From an uncultured bacterium (GTDB lineage: Bacteria > UBA8481): a stretch of DNA of 64,000 bases. The notes under the pieces are model-generated. The model was not told the origin of the DNA. It searched no databases and saw only the letters and a program-made list of their open reading frames with translations. Positions 48,688-57,681 of the stretch are shown here, one piece after another. A program made the translations under genes and the position numbers. Positions within the stretch are counted from its first letter, which is position 1. The number at the start of each line of letters is the position of its first letter. Location of the stretch: assembly GCA_964499705.1 (NCBI GenBank), contig CAZCME010000006.1, positions 1 through 64,000 on the forward strand, in the 5' to 3' direction.

Positions 48688-50646
48688 CTACATATCCGCG
48701 AGAATTTCCGCGGCGTCGGGACGGATGAACTCGGCGCGGAGAACGGAATCGATCGGGGCCAGTGTCTCCGGAGGGATCGACTGTGTCGACGCGATCCCGG
48801 AACCGGAAGGCTGGAAGACGAGCGGCAGCGAGCTCATCAACTCGTTGGCTTCCCGCAGCGTCATGCCCCGCAGATCGGGAATCACGACCTTGCCGCCGCG
48901 GACCGCGCCCGAGCGTCGCGACGGAAGGGCGGCCACGACGGGCCGGCCCGACGCGCCCGTGTCGCGACCCCACGCCGGTCGAATGCCCAGGTACTGCATC
49001 GCTTCCGTCCCGACTCGTCCGAACACGGGAGCCGCGACGGCGCCGCCGTAATAACCCTTGGAGGGATCGGGATCGTGCACGACGATCGCCATCGCCAGGA
49101 CGGGCGCTTCCGACGGAGTCCACCCGATGAAGACGGCATTATATCTACCTTCGATATATCCTCCCTGGGACCCTGAAATCTGCGCCGTGCCCGTCTTGCC
49201 GGAAACCGGGAAGGGCGGAACGGCGGCCAGGATGCCGGTGCCCCGGGAGACGACGCCTTCCATGATCGACGTCATCTGCCTTACTGACCGGACATTCACC
49301 GGCTGGGCTTTCACGTCGGGCGGAAAGGACTTGATGGAGCGGCCGGAGGCATCGGTGATGCGCGCGATGAGGCGCGGCGTCATGCGCCGGCCGCCGTTGG
49401 CCAGGGCCGCCGTAGCCGTCGCCAGCTGCATGGTCGTGACGGCAAGCTCCTGGCCCAGCGAGAGCATCGAGTTCGAGAGGCCCGACCACTGGGAGACCGG
49501 CCGGAGGATTCCCGAAGCTTCGCCGATCAGCTCGATGCCGGTCTTCTGGCCGAATCCGAATCCCCGGAGCCCGTCGTATAATTCATGCGCGTCGATCTTC
49601 TGCGCCACCGTCATCGCCGCCACGTTGCAGGAAACCTCGATCGCCTTCCGGTAATCGATCTGGCCGTGCGGATGATGGCACTTGATCGTGTGGCCGCTCA
49701 CCTTCATGTGGCCCGGGCAATAGAACATGTCGGTCGACGTCACCGCGCCCGTATCGAGCGCGATGGAGCCGGTGAAGACCTTGAACGTGGAGCCGGGCTC
49801 GAAGGCGTCCGTGACCGCGCGGTTGCGGCGATCTTCGCCGTCGGAACTCACGATGTCGTTCAGATCGTACGTCGGCCAGTTCGCCAGCGCGAGAATTTCT
49901 CCGGTCACGGGATCCATCACGACCCCGGACGCGCTCTTGGCTCCGAAGGTCTCGACCTGCCGCGCCAGCGCCTGCTCCAGGGACGTCTGGATCGCCAGGT
50001 CGATCGTCAGGTGAACGGAGTGGCCGTTGAAATCCGGATAGCGGATCTCTCCGTGGACCGGCACCGGATTCCCGTAGGCGTCGTTGACGAACTGCCCCTC
50101 GGGCTCGGGCCCGCGCAATTCCGCGTCCATCGCCCGCTCCATGCCCTCCAGGCCTTCATTCTCGATGCCCACGAAGCCGAGCACATGCGCGGCGACGCTG
50201 TCATGCGGATAGAAGCGCTTGAATTCCGTTTCGAAGAAGAGCCCCGGGATCTTCAGCGCGGCGATCGCCGCGGCTTTTTCCTCCGGAAGCTTCCGGGCGA
50301 TCCAGGCGAACTCGCCCGGCCTCTGCAGGCGGGCGCGTATGAGGGACGCGGGCATCGCGAGAAGCGGCGCCAGTTTCTCCACGGCGTTATCGCGCGCCTC
50401 GTCCGTCAGGAATTTCCCCGGGTTCGCGGCGAGCGATTTCATCCGGACCGAGAGAGCCAGTTCGCGGCCGCGCCTGTCGTAGATCGTGCCGCGCTGCCGC
50501 TCCAGCGCCGAAGCCTGCCGGACATTGCGGTCGGCCAGGTCGACATAACGGGAATGCTCCACGATCTGGACGGACGCGAGCTTGACGATCACCGCCGTGA
50601 ATCCGGCCAGCGTCGCCAGCAGAAGGATATAGACGCGGCCTTTCAT
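48688..50646 (-). CDS. ftsI: Class B penicillin-binding protein (FtsI/SpoVD-like) with PASTA domain
   Basis: RGTIYDRRG, RFYP, GLEGME, EPGSTFK, SCN, KTGT, C-terminal IPDLRGM. Confidence 0.9.
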   Translation of the reverse strand: MKGRVYILLLATLAGFTAVIVKLASVQIVEHSRYVDLADRNVRQASALERQRGTIYDRRGRELALSVRMKSLAANPGKFLTDEARDNAVEKLAPLLAMPASLIRARLQRPGEFAWIARKLPEEKAAAIAALKIPGLFFETEFKRFYPHDSVAAHVLGFVGIENEGLEGMERAMDAELRGPEPEGQFVNDAYGNPVPVHGEIRYPDFNGHSVHLTIDLAIQTSLEQALARQVETFGAKSASGVVMDPVTGEILALANWPTYDLNDIVSSDGEDRRNRAVTDAFEPGSTFKVFTGSIALDTGAVTSTDMFYCPGHMKVSGHTIKCHHPHGQIDYRKAIEVSCNVAAMTVAQKIDAHELYDGLRGFGFGQKTGIELIGEASGILRPVSQWSGLSNSMLSLGQELAVTTMQLATATAALANGGRRMTPRLIARITDASGRSIKSFPPDVKAQPVNVRSVRQMTSIMEGVVSRGTGILAAVPPFPVSGKTGTAQISGSQGGYIEGRYNAVFIGWTPSEAPVLAMAIVVHDPDPSKGYYGGAVAAPVFGRVGTEAMQYLGIRPAWGRDTGASGRPVVAALPSRRSGAVRGGKVVIPDLRGMTLREANELMSSLPLVFQPSGSGIASTQSIPPETLAPIDSVLRAEFIRPDAAEILADM

Positions 50647-50684
50647 GGGAGAAAGTCAGGCATCTGAGGTCAGAGCACTTAGTA

Positions 50685-51515
50685 TCAGAGAAGGGTGAAT
50701 CGCTTGATCGGCCAGTAGGTGAAGAGCGCGCGGGCCTCCACGCGCGAGACGGGCACGAAACCGAAATAGCGCGAATCCGCGCTTTCAAGCCGGTTGTCGC
50801 CCATCACGTAGACATGGCCGCGCGGCACACGCAGCGAGAGTATCCCGAAGGATCCGCCGTCCAGGCGGACGAAGTTCGCCGCGGTCCGATCGACGACGGC
50901 TTCGGGCGGCACGGACGAGGGAAGAGCTTCGTCGAGGGGCTTGCCGTCGATGAGAACACCTTTGTCGGTGACCTTGATCCGCCGTCCCGGGATCCGGAGA
51001 GCGAACTCCCCGACGCGACCGAAACCGCGCGATGAAGTTCCCCCGGCCATCAGGTACGGCTCTTCGAGCGCCTTGCCGTCGATAAAGATTGTTTCGTTCC
51101 GGAAGGCGATCTCCTCCCCTTCCGTCGCGATGACGCGCTTGACGAAATCCCGCTTCCCGTCGTTGGCGTCCTCGGACCTTGCAAGCGGAGACCCCGACGC
51201 GTCCGAACCGGCGGGCTTTGCCGCGTGAGCGGCGGTGCTGCGGAGCGTGAAGTCGGGCTGGAGTTCCTGGTCGCCGAAGTTGAAGACGACGATCTCCCCG
51301 CGCCTCGGATTCAGAATCCTGTACGAGAATTTCTCGGCGAGGATGTGATCGAGCGGCTGGAGCGTATTCGCCATGGACCGCGTCGGGATGTAGAAAGCCT
51401 GGGCCACGAAGACGCGCAGCAGAAACGAAAATGCGAGAGCGCAGAAGACGATCTCGGAAGCCTCCACGAGAGGGTGGGTCCTGAGACGAATGTATCGGGA
51501 TGTCAGGCGGCGCAT
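50685..51515 (-). CDS. lepB: Signal peptidase I
   Basis: IPTRSMANTL (Ser), FVKRVIA (Lys), GDNRLESADSRYFG. Confidence 0.93.
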   Translation of the reverse strand: MRRLTSRYIRLRTHPLVEASEIVFCALAFSFLLRVFVAQAFYIPTRSMANTLQPLDHILAEKFSYRILNPRRGEIVVFNFGDQELQPDFTLRSTAAHAAKPAGSDASGSPLARSEDANDGKRDFVKRVIATEGEEIAFRNETIFIDGKALEEPYLMAGGTSSRGFGRVGEFALRIPGRRIKVTDKGVLIDGKPLDEALPSSVPPEAVVDRTAANFVRLDGGSFGILSLRVPRGHVYVMGDNRLESADSRYFGFVPVSRVEARALFTYWPIKRFTLL

Positions 51516-51563
51516 GGGGTCATTAATTTTTCGGCAAATTCTGAGCAAAGATATAGCGGTTTC

Positions 51564-52763
51564 TCAGGTTGTATAATCGGCGTTGATCGAGACGTATTCA
51601 CGTGAGAGGTCCGTAGTATACACGGTGCGGGAACCGGTGCCCAGCCCTATTTCCACGCGGATCCGGACCTCTTTAGCCTTCATCCGGGTCGACACTTCAG
51701 CGAGATCGGCCTCCGTCGGCAGCCCCTTCTCGAACAGGGGGAAACCGGCCAGCTCGATCCGGATCCGGCCCGTATCGATCACCGCTCCGCTCCGACCGAC
51801 CGCCGCCAGGATCCGGCCCCAGTTCGGGTCGTTTCCGTTCAGGGCGGTCTTGACGAGCATCGAGGTCGCGACGGCATCGGCGGCAAGAGCGGCTTCCGCG
51901 TCGGTCCGGGCGCCCGTCACCTCGATCATGACAACCTTCGTGGCGCCTTCACCGTCCGCGACTATCTTCAGGGCGAGCTCGCGACAGAGATCGGTCAAGG
52001 TTGCTTCAAAGGCTTCGAGATCGACGTCGCCCGCGGCGCCGTTGGCCAGGAGAAATGCCGAATCATTCGTCGACATGTCGTTGTCGACGCTCACGGCGTT
52101 AAAGGTTTTGTCGGCGGCCCGCCGCAGCATCGGATGCAGCACATCCGAAGACAAGGCAGCGTCCGTCGTGAGAAACGCGAGCATTGTCGCCATGTCCGGA
52201 TGGATCATGCCCGCTCCCTTGCAGATGCCTCCGATTCGTATCTCGCCCTCCCGACCGGAAACTGTGCGGGAAGCGATCTTCTCCACCGTGTCTGTGGTCA
52301 TGATTGCCCGGGCGACATCAAGTCCCGCATCGGCGCCCGCTCCTCCCCCATCCCGCGCCAGGACCGCGCATGCCTTCCCGATTCCGGCGGCGATCCGATC
52401 CATGGGCATGGGCCTGCCGATGACGCCGGTGGAGGCCACGAGAACCTCATCCTTGCCGATACCCAGTCCGCTCCCCGTCAACGTCGCCATCGATTCCGCA
52501 TCGCGAAGCCCCGTCTCGCCGGTGCCGGCATTCGCGTTGCCGGAATTGACGACGATCGCGCGCACCGAGCCGTCCTGCTCGATGATTCTCCGTGAATAAA
52601 GGACAGGCGCCGCCGCGAAGAGGTTCCGCGTGAAAACAGCCGCGGCGGCGCAGGGGCAATCGGAGACGATGATCGCCAGATCGTTCCTGCCCGGCTTCTT
52701 GACGGCCGCTTCGACGGCCGCGGCCCGGAAGCCCAGCGGATATGTGACACCCATTCCGTTCAT
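51564..52763 (-). CDS. argJ: Bifunctional ornithine acetyltransferase/N-acetylglutamate synthase
   Basis: NSGNANA, STGVIG, IMTTDT, KGAGMIHPDMATML, DGEGATK, C-terminal NADYTT. Confidence 0.96.
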   Translation of the reverse strand: MNGMGVTYPLGFRAAAVEAAVKKPGRNDLAIIVSDCPCAAAAVFTRNLFAAAPVLYSRRIIEQDGSVRAIVVNSGNANAGTGETGLRDAESMATLTGSGLGIGKDEVLVASTGVIGRPMPMDRIAAGIGKACAVLARDGGGAGADAGLDVARAIMTTDTVEKIASRTVSGREGEIRIGGICKGAGMIHPDMATMLAFLTTDAALSSDVLHPMLRRAADKTFNAVSVDNDMSTNDSAFLLANGAAGDVDLEAFEATLTDLCRELALKIVADGEGATKVVMIEVTGARTDAEAALAADAVATSMLVKTALNGNDPNWGRILAAVGRSGAVIDTGRIRIELAGFPLFEKGLPTEADLAEVSTRMKAKEVRIRVEIGLGTGSRTVYTTDLSREYVSINADYTT

Positions 52764-52810
52764 AGCGTCGTATCCTAGCATGCGCCCACCGCAATTCCAC
52801 ACCCCGATCA

Positions 52811-53028
52811 GAAGTTCGCCATCAATTTTTTAACAGGATAGGCAGGATGGGCAGGATCGATTTACGGTGGAATTTACGGTAATGTAACAGCGTTTTCGCG
52901 GAGTGGTTTTCTCTTTTCTCATTTCTCTTTTCCTTCTGCATCCACGAACCAAATCCCTTCGATCGCGAATTCTATCAGTCCAAATCCTGCCCATCCTGTT
53001 TCTTGCCCGCCATCGTATGGAGAACTTC
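52811..53028. mobile_element. Nested MITE-like element, family B copy 2
   Basis: TIRs GAAGTTCGCCATC/TATGGAGAACTTC; flanking 13-bp direct repeats CACACCCCGATCA/CACACCATGATGA (10/13); inner arms CAGGATGGGCAGGAT at 52843-52857 and 52984-52998. Confidence 0.7.
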
Positions 53029-53081
53029 CACACCATGATGACAATCCTTTATTTGCGCTCGTATCCCGATAAAATAGCCCC

Positions 53082-53555
53082 ATGAACCGGCCCGCCGCGT
53101 CTCAACGCGGCTTCACGCTGATCGAACTGCTGGCTGTCGTGGGAATCCTCGCGGTCCTCGCCTCCATCGCCCTCCCAAGGCTGTTCGCCGCGACTGAAAA
53201 AGCGAAGGTCGCCCGAGCGATCGCCGATATCTCAACGATCAACAAGGCGGTCATCACCTACCAGGCGCTTCATTCCGGCGATCTCCCGGATAACATGAGC
53301 CAGATGATTCCAGCCCAGATCCCTCAGACCATGCTCGATCCCTGGGGCAAGGCGTACGTATACAACAACTTCGATTACATACCTCCCGGCTGGAGACGGA
53401 AGGACGGCGCGCTCGTGCCGATCAACAAGCAGTACGATATCTTCAGCGAGGGTCCGAACGGGACATCGAGTTTCCCGACGAACTCGGGGCCGGGAAAAGA
53501 CGACATCCTGTTTGCGAATGACGGAGGCTTCATTGACATCGCCGAAAAATATTGA
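53082..53555 (+). CDS. Prepilin/GspG-like pseudopilin
   Basis: Class III signal RG|FTLIELLAVVGILAVLASIALP, DPWG..Y, S.GPNG. Confidence 0.9.
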   Translation: MNRPAASQRGFTLIELLAVVGILAVLASIALPRLFAATEKAKVARAIADISTINKAVITYQALHSGDLPDNMSQMIPAQIPQTMLDPWGKAYVYNNFDYIPPGWRRKDGALVPINKQYDIFSEGPNGTSSFPTNSGPGKDDILFANDGGFIDIAEKY

Positions 53556-53565
53556 AATTCCCCCT

Positions 53566-55323
53566 GTGAAACCCGGCTTGACCTCCGGTTCGCCGAATGA
53601 CACCAGGAATATTCTCCGGTCACGCCTCGGCCGTAAGATCGTCTTTCGCTTCCTCTTTGTCGGCATTCTCCCCATCATCATCTTCGGCGTCCCGCTCTAT
53701 CTTCAGACCTCCGACATCCTGAACGCCGACGCGCGCGCCACGCTCGAATCGTACGCGAAGCTCGCGAAAGGCCAGATCTTCACGACGCTGGAACGCGCCG
53801 CCACGCGGCTCGACAGGTTGACGTCGGCCAGGACTCCTCCCAGCCAATTCGATGCCGTCGCGGATTCTCTTCCCTTCCGGCGGCTCATCGTCCTCAACGA
53901 GGATTTCATACCCGCCTCCGGTGAATTCGCGCCTTGGCCTCCCCTCGACGACGGCCGCATCGCCTTCCTGAAGGAGGGCCGTGTTGTCATCACGCGCCCC
54001 TACCCCCTTGAAGAAGGCGCTACGGTCGCCCTTCTCATTCGCCGTCCCGCGGGAGGATACCTGGCCGGCGAAATGGATCCTGTGGAATTATGGAACGTCA
54101 CGCGCGCCAGCAATTTCGGACCGCGCGATTCACTTTTCGTGCTGGACGAGAACGGACGCGCGCTGGTCGCTTCTCAACCGGAGATCTCAGGCTTTCAGCA
54201 GGTCATGACAAGCCTGCCCGACGCTTCGCGTGCCTCCGGCGACAGCAACCTCATGGGCCACGGAGAAGTTCTCTGGGGATTCACCGATCTCTGGCTGCGC
54301 GGCGCTCTCGGCGGCGAACGGTGGGGCATCGTCGCCGCGCGCAACAAGGAGGTCGTCGCGGAACTCCCCAGGACGCTCTTCCGGTCGCTCGTCATCCTCA
54401 TGATGATCGCCTTCTGCGTCATCATCATCCTGAGCTTCCGCGAAGCGCGCACGCTCCTGGCGCCGATCGTCGACATGGCCAACGCCACCCGGGAAGTTGC
54501 GAACGGTAACTGGAAACAGAACCTGGGCAAGGTCACGGACGACGAGCTCGGCGACCTGGCGCAATCGTTCAACGACATGACGCGCCGCCTGAAGGAAACC
54601 TACGAGGAAAGCCTGCGCCTCACTCGTGAAGCCATGGTGGGGCGGCTTGCCGCGATGGTGGCTCATCAGATCAACAATCCGCTGGCCGCGATCAAGTGCA
54701 AGCTGGGTATCCTCGAAGCCGGATTTCCCGAGCGGGCGTCGCATCTGCGCGTCGTCCTCGACCAGGTCGACCGCATTGCGCGAACGGTGAAGGAGCTCCT
54801 GGGTTTCGCCAAGATGCGAACACTGCCGGGAAGCGAGGTCGTGATGACGAGGATCGTCCGCAACGTCGAGGGGCTTTTCCGCGATTCGTTCGAATCCCAG
54901 GGGATCGAACTCATTGTGGATGTCCCGGATGCTCCTTATACTGTTTCCTGCGATGCGGACGATTTCCAGGAACTTCTGGTCAACTTTCTCGAGAATGCCC
55001 GTGAAGCGTGTCTCCACGACGAAGTCGCGGACGGCCAGCACGAAAACGTCGCCGCCGAGAAGAAGCATCGTGTCTCCATGATGGTCGCTCTGATGGGTGA
55101 CCAGGCCGACATCGTCATCGAGGATGACGGACCGGGCTTCGGCGGGAACCTCGACCATGTCTTCGAGCCTTTCTTCTCCACGAAGACCTTCGGAACCGGG
55201 CTGGGGCTGGCCATCTGCAGCCGTATCTGCGAAACCGCCGGCGGCAGGCTCTGGGCGGAGGAACGGAAGGAAGGCGGAGCGCGGTTCATCGCCCGGCTTC
55301 CGGTCAGGATTCTGCCCGCATGA
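53566..55323 (+). CDS. Membrane sensor histidine kinase (Cache-like, HAMP, HisKA, HATPase)
   Basis: Two TM, DELGDLAQSFNDM, AHQINNPL, NFLENA, DDGPG, FEPFFSTK, GTGLGL. Confidence 0.92.
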   Translation: MKPGLTSGSPNDTRNILRSRLGRKIVFRFLFVGILPIIIFGVPLYLQTSDILNADARATLESYAKLAKGQIFTTLERAATRLDRLTSARTPPSQFDAVADSLPFRRLIVLNEDFIPASGEFAPWPPLDDGRIAFLKEGRVVITRPYPLEEGATVALLIRRPAGGYLAGEMDPVELWNVTRASNFGPRDSLFVLDENGRALVASQPEISGFQQVMTSLPDASRASGDSNLMGHGEVLWGFTDLWLRGALGGERWGIVAARNKEVVAELPRTLFRSLVILMMIAFCVIIILSFREARTLLAPIVDMANATREVANGNWKQNLGKVTDDELGDLAQSFNDMTRRLKETYEESLRLTREAMVGRLAAMVAHQINNPLAAIKCKLGILEAGFPERASHLRVVLDQVDRIARTVKELLGFAKMRTLPGSEVVMTRIVRNVEGLFRDSFESQGIELIVDVPDAPYTVSCDADDFQELLVNFLENAREACLHDEVADGQHENVAAEKKHRVSMMVALMGDQADIVIEDDGPGFGGNLDHVFEPFFSTKTFGTGLGLAICSRICETAGGRLWAEERKEGGARFIARLPVRILPA

Positions 55324-55333
55324 GGAGACGCGC

Positions 55334-56224
55334 ATGCTCGCCACGCTGACGCAGATCCCGGAGGCATCGTTGCGCCAGAGTTCCACGGGCGCCGGATCGG
55401 TTCTCATCGTCGAAGACGACCGCATTCTCCGGGAATCCATCGTCGAGCTCCTGACCATGCACGGCCTGACGGTCGCTTGGGCCACCGACGGCCAGGATGC
55501 GCTCTCCACGTTCCGCGCCGATCCCGCCGACATGATCCTGACCGATATCATCATGCCGAAGATGGGAGGCCTCGGCCTTGTGAAGCAGATCCGCGAGTTC
55601 GATTTCGAGACTCCCATTCTCATCCTGACGGGTTATGCCTCGCTCGACAACTGCGTCGAGGCTCTGCGGGCCGGAGCCAACGACTTCATCGCGAAACCTT
55701 TCGAGAACGCCGTCCTCGTCGAGGCCGTCAAGCGTGCCATCGACGGGGCGAAAGCTCATGCGTCGGTCCGGCTTCTCGATAAGAACACGCATCAGGAAAT
55801 CAGGATTTCCGTTCCTTCTTCCATAAGAGGTTTCGCGGAGTCGCCGGTTCTTGTGACGGAGATTCTCGCGCGCATCGACGCCGCCGTTCTCGCCGCCGGG
55901 ATGCGGCGTCGGCGCCTCGCGATCAGGAGAGCTCTCGATGAAGCGGTCCTCCTGGGCCTCGATCACCTGGCCGGCAATGACTCGGGGCCGCTCGACATCT
56001 CCGCCGAATTCGATCCGCGGCGGTGTGCCATCACCATTGCCGGCCAGTCTCCTCTCTTCCCGGCGCACCTCTCGGCGCACCATGACGACGCCTCAGGACC
56101 GGGCCGCCGGAAATTCCTGATCCATTCCTTCTGCGATGAAGTCACATGGTCGCCCGATTCCAGAAAAATCGAGATGGTCTTCTTCCGGCCGCGCACCGAG
56201 CGTCCCGAAAAGCAAGGCGCCTAG
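55334..56224 (+). CDS. Response regulator with degenerate RsbW-like HATPase output domain
   Basis: Intact REC (VEDD, LTDIIMP, LTG, AKPF); C-terminal ALDEAVLLGLDH...GRRKFLIHSFCDEVTW. Confidence 0.75.
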   Translation: MLATLTQIPEASLRQSSTGAGSVLIVEDDRILRESIVELLTMHGLTVAWATDGQDALSTFRADPADMILTDIIMPKMGGLGLVKQIREFDFETPILILTGYASLDNCVEALRAGANDFIAKPFENAVLVEAVKRAIDGAKAHASVRLLDKNTHQEIRISVPSSIRGFAESPVLVTEILARIDAAVLAAGMRRRRLAIRRALDEAVLLGLDHLAGNDSGPLDISAEFDPRRCAITIAGQSPLFPAHLSAHHDDASGPGRRKFLIHSFCDEVTWSPDSRKIEMVFFRPRTERPEKQGA

Positions 56225-57661
56225 ATGCCCCGCGCCGCCATTCTCGTCGTCGAAAAGGACGACGTGCTCCGCGCGGTCATGGAAGAACATCTCTCCGCGG
56301 GCGGGTACAAGGTCCACGGCTATGCGGACCTGCCGAAGGAAATCTTCGACAAGACGGAGGAAACGTTCGACGTCGACTGCATGATCATCGCGACATCCGT
56401 GAAGGGGGCGGAGCCTGGAACGCTCCTCTCCCGGTACGGCGGCCGCACTCCCCTCATCTTCGTCTCCGAGCAGTCGACCGGCCAGAGCGCGATTCCCGAG
56501 ATCGTCGACGCCATCCGGAACGGCGCGGCCGATTACCTCATCAAGCCGGTCGACGGCGTGACGCTCATGCGATCCGTCCACCGCGCTCTCCGTTACCGGG
56601 TCCTCGAGCGTCGCGTGCGTCGGCTCGAGTCGGAGAACGCCCAGCTCGCGGGCCGCGACGGCGGCCTGATCGGCCGGTCGGAAGTGCTCCTCCGGATCCT
56701 CCAGGTCATCGAGCGAATCGCTCCGTCGTCGTCACCCGTCCTCATCCTCGGTGAAACAGGCGCGGGCAAGGAGCTCGTCGCGCGGGAGATTCACTGCAAG
56801 TCGGGTCGATCCGGGGACTTCGTCGCGGTCAACGCGGCGTCTCTCGGGGAAAATCTCTTCGAGGCGGAACTGTTCGGATACGAGCCCGGAGCCTTCACCG
56901 GAGCGAAAGGCAGGAAGCTTGGCCTCGTCGAGGTCGCCGACGGCGGCACGCTGTTTCTCGATGAAATCGGCGATCTATCGCCGCAGGTCCAGGCGCGGCT
57001 CCTGCGGTTCCTCGACGACGGGCGATTCCGGCGCGTCGGAGGACTTCGGGAAGTGGAGACGGATGTCCGGATCGTCGCCGCGACCAACCGCGACCTGGAA
57101 CAATCGATTGCCGACATGCAGAAGTTGGAGAGCTCCGACGCGGGTGCCGCGAGAGGATTCCGCTCCGATCTTTTCTACCGTCTCGCCGCGTTCACCTTGA
57201 AACTTCCACCCCTGCGTGAACGAACAACCGACATCCCGCTTCTCATCGACCATTTCATCCGGCTCTTTGAGGCCAAGACCGGGCGGCCCGCTCCCACGCT
57301 CGCCCCCGGAGTTAACGATCTGCTGATGAAATATACCTGGCCCGGCAACGTGCGCGAATTCCGCAATTTCATCGACCGGATGCTCTTCACCTATTCCGAC
57401 AAACCCGAGATCGAAGCCGGCATGGCCTCCGAACTTCTGCCGAAGTCTTCGTCCGTCAAAACCAATCCGCCCGCCGCGGCGCACTCGTGGAAGGAGCATC
57501 GCACCAGCCAGCTCGCGGAGACGGATCGCGCCTTCCTGGCCGAAGTCATGCGGAGAAACAACTTCAACATCTCGGCGGCGGCCCGGGAAATGGGCATCGA
57601 TCGGAAAACCCTGTCGCACCGCATCCGCGAACTGAACATTGTCTCGTCGGATAAGAAGTAG
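56225..57661 (+). CDS. Sigma54-dependent enhancer-binding protein with pseudo-receiver domain
   Basis: GETGAGKE, GAFTGA, TLFLDEIG, FRSDLFYRL, WPGNVRE, Fis HTH; the REC phospho-Asp position reads Ala. Confidence 0.92.
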   Translation: MPRAAILVVEKDDVLRAVMEEHLSAGGYKVHGYADLPKEIFDKTEETFDVDCMIIATSVKGAEPGTLLSRYGGRTPLIFVSEQSTGQSAIPEIVDAIRNGAADYLIKPVDGVTLMRSVHRALRYRVLERRVRRLESENAQLAGRDGGLIGRSEVLLRILQVIERIAPSSSPVLILGETGAGKELVAREIHCKSGRSGDFVAVNAASLGENLFEAELFGYEPGAFTGAKGRKLGLVEVADGGTLFLDEIGDLSPQVQARLLRFLDDGRFRRVGGLREVETDVRIVAATNRDLEQSIADMQKLESSDAGAARGFRSDLFYRLAAFTLKLPPLRERTTDIPLLIDHFIRLFEAKTGRPAPTLAPGVNDLLMKYTWPGNVREFRNFIDRMLFTYSDKPEIEAGMASELLPKSSSVKTNPPAAAHSWKEHRTSQLAETDRAFLAEVMRRNNFNISAAAREMGIDRKTLSHRIRELNIVSSDKK

Positions 57662-57681
57662 CCCGCCGGGGCGCCATCATC

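Noticed and set aside
50652-50684. Short TCAG/CTGA repeat between lepB and ftsI
   Set aside because: Too short and present once; it cannot be distinguished from chance.
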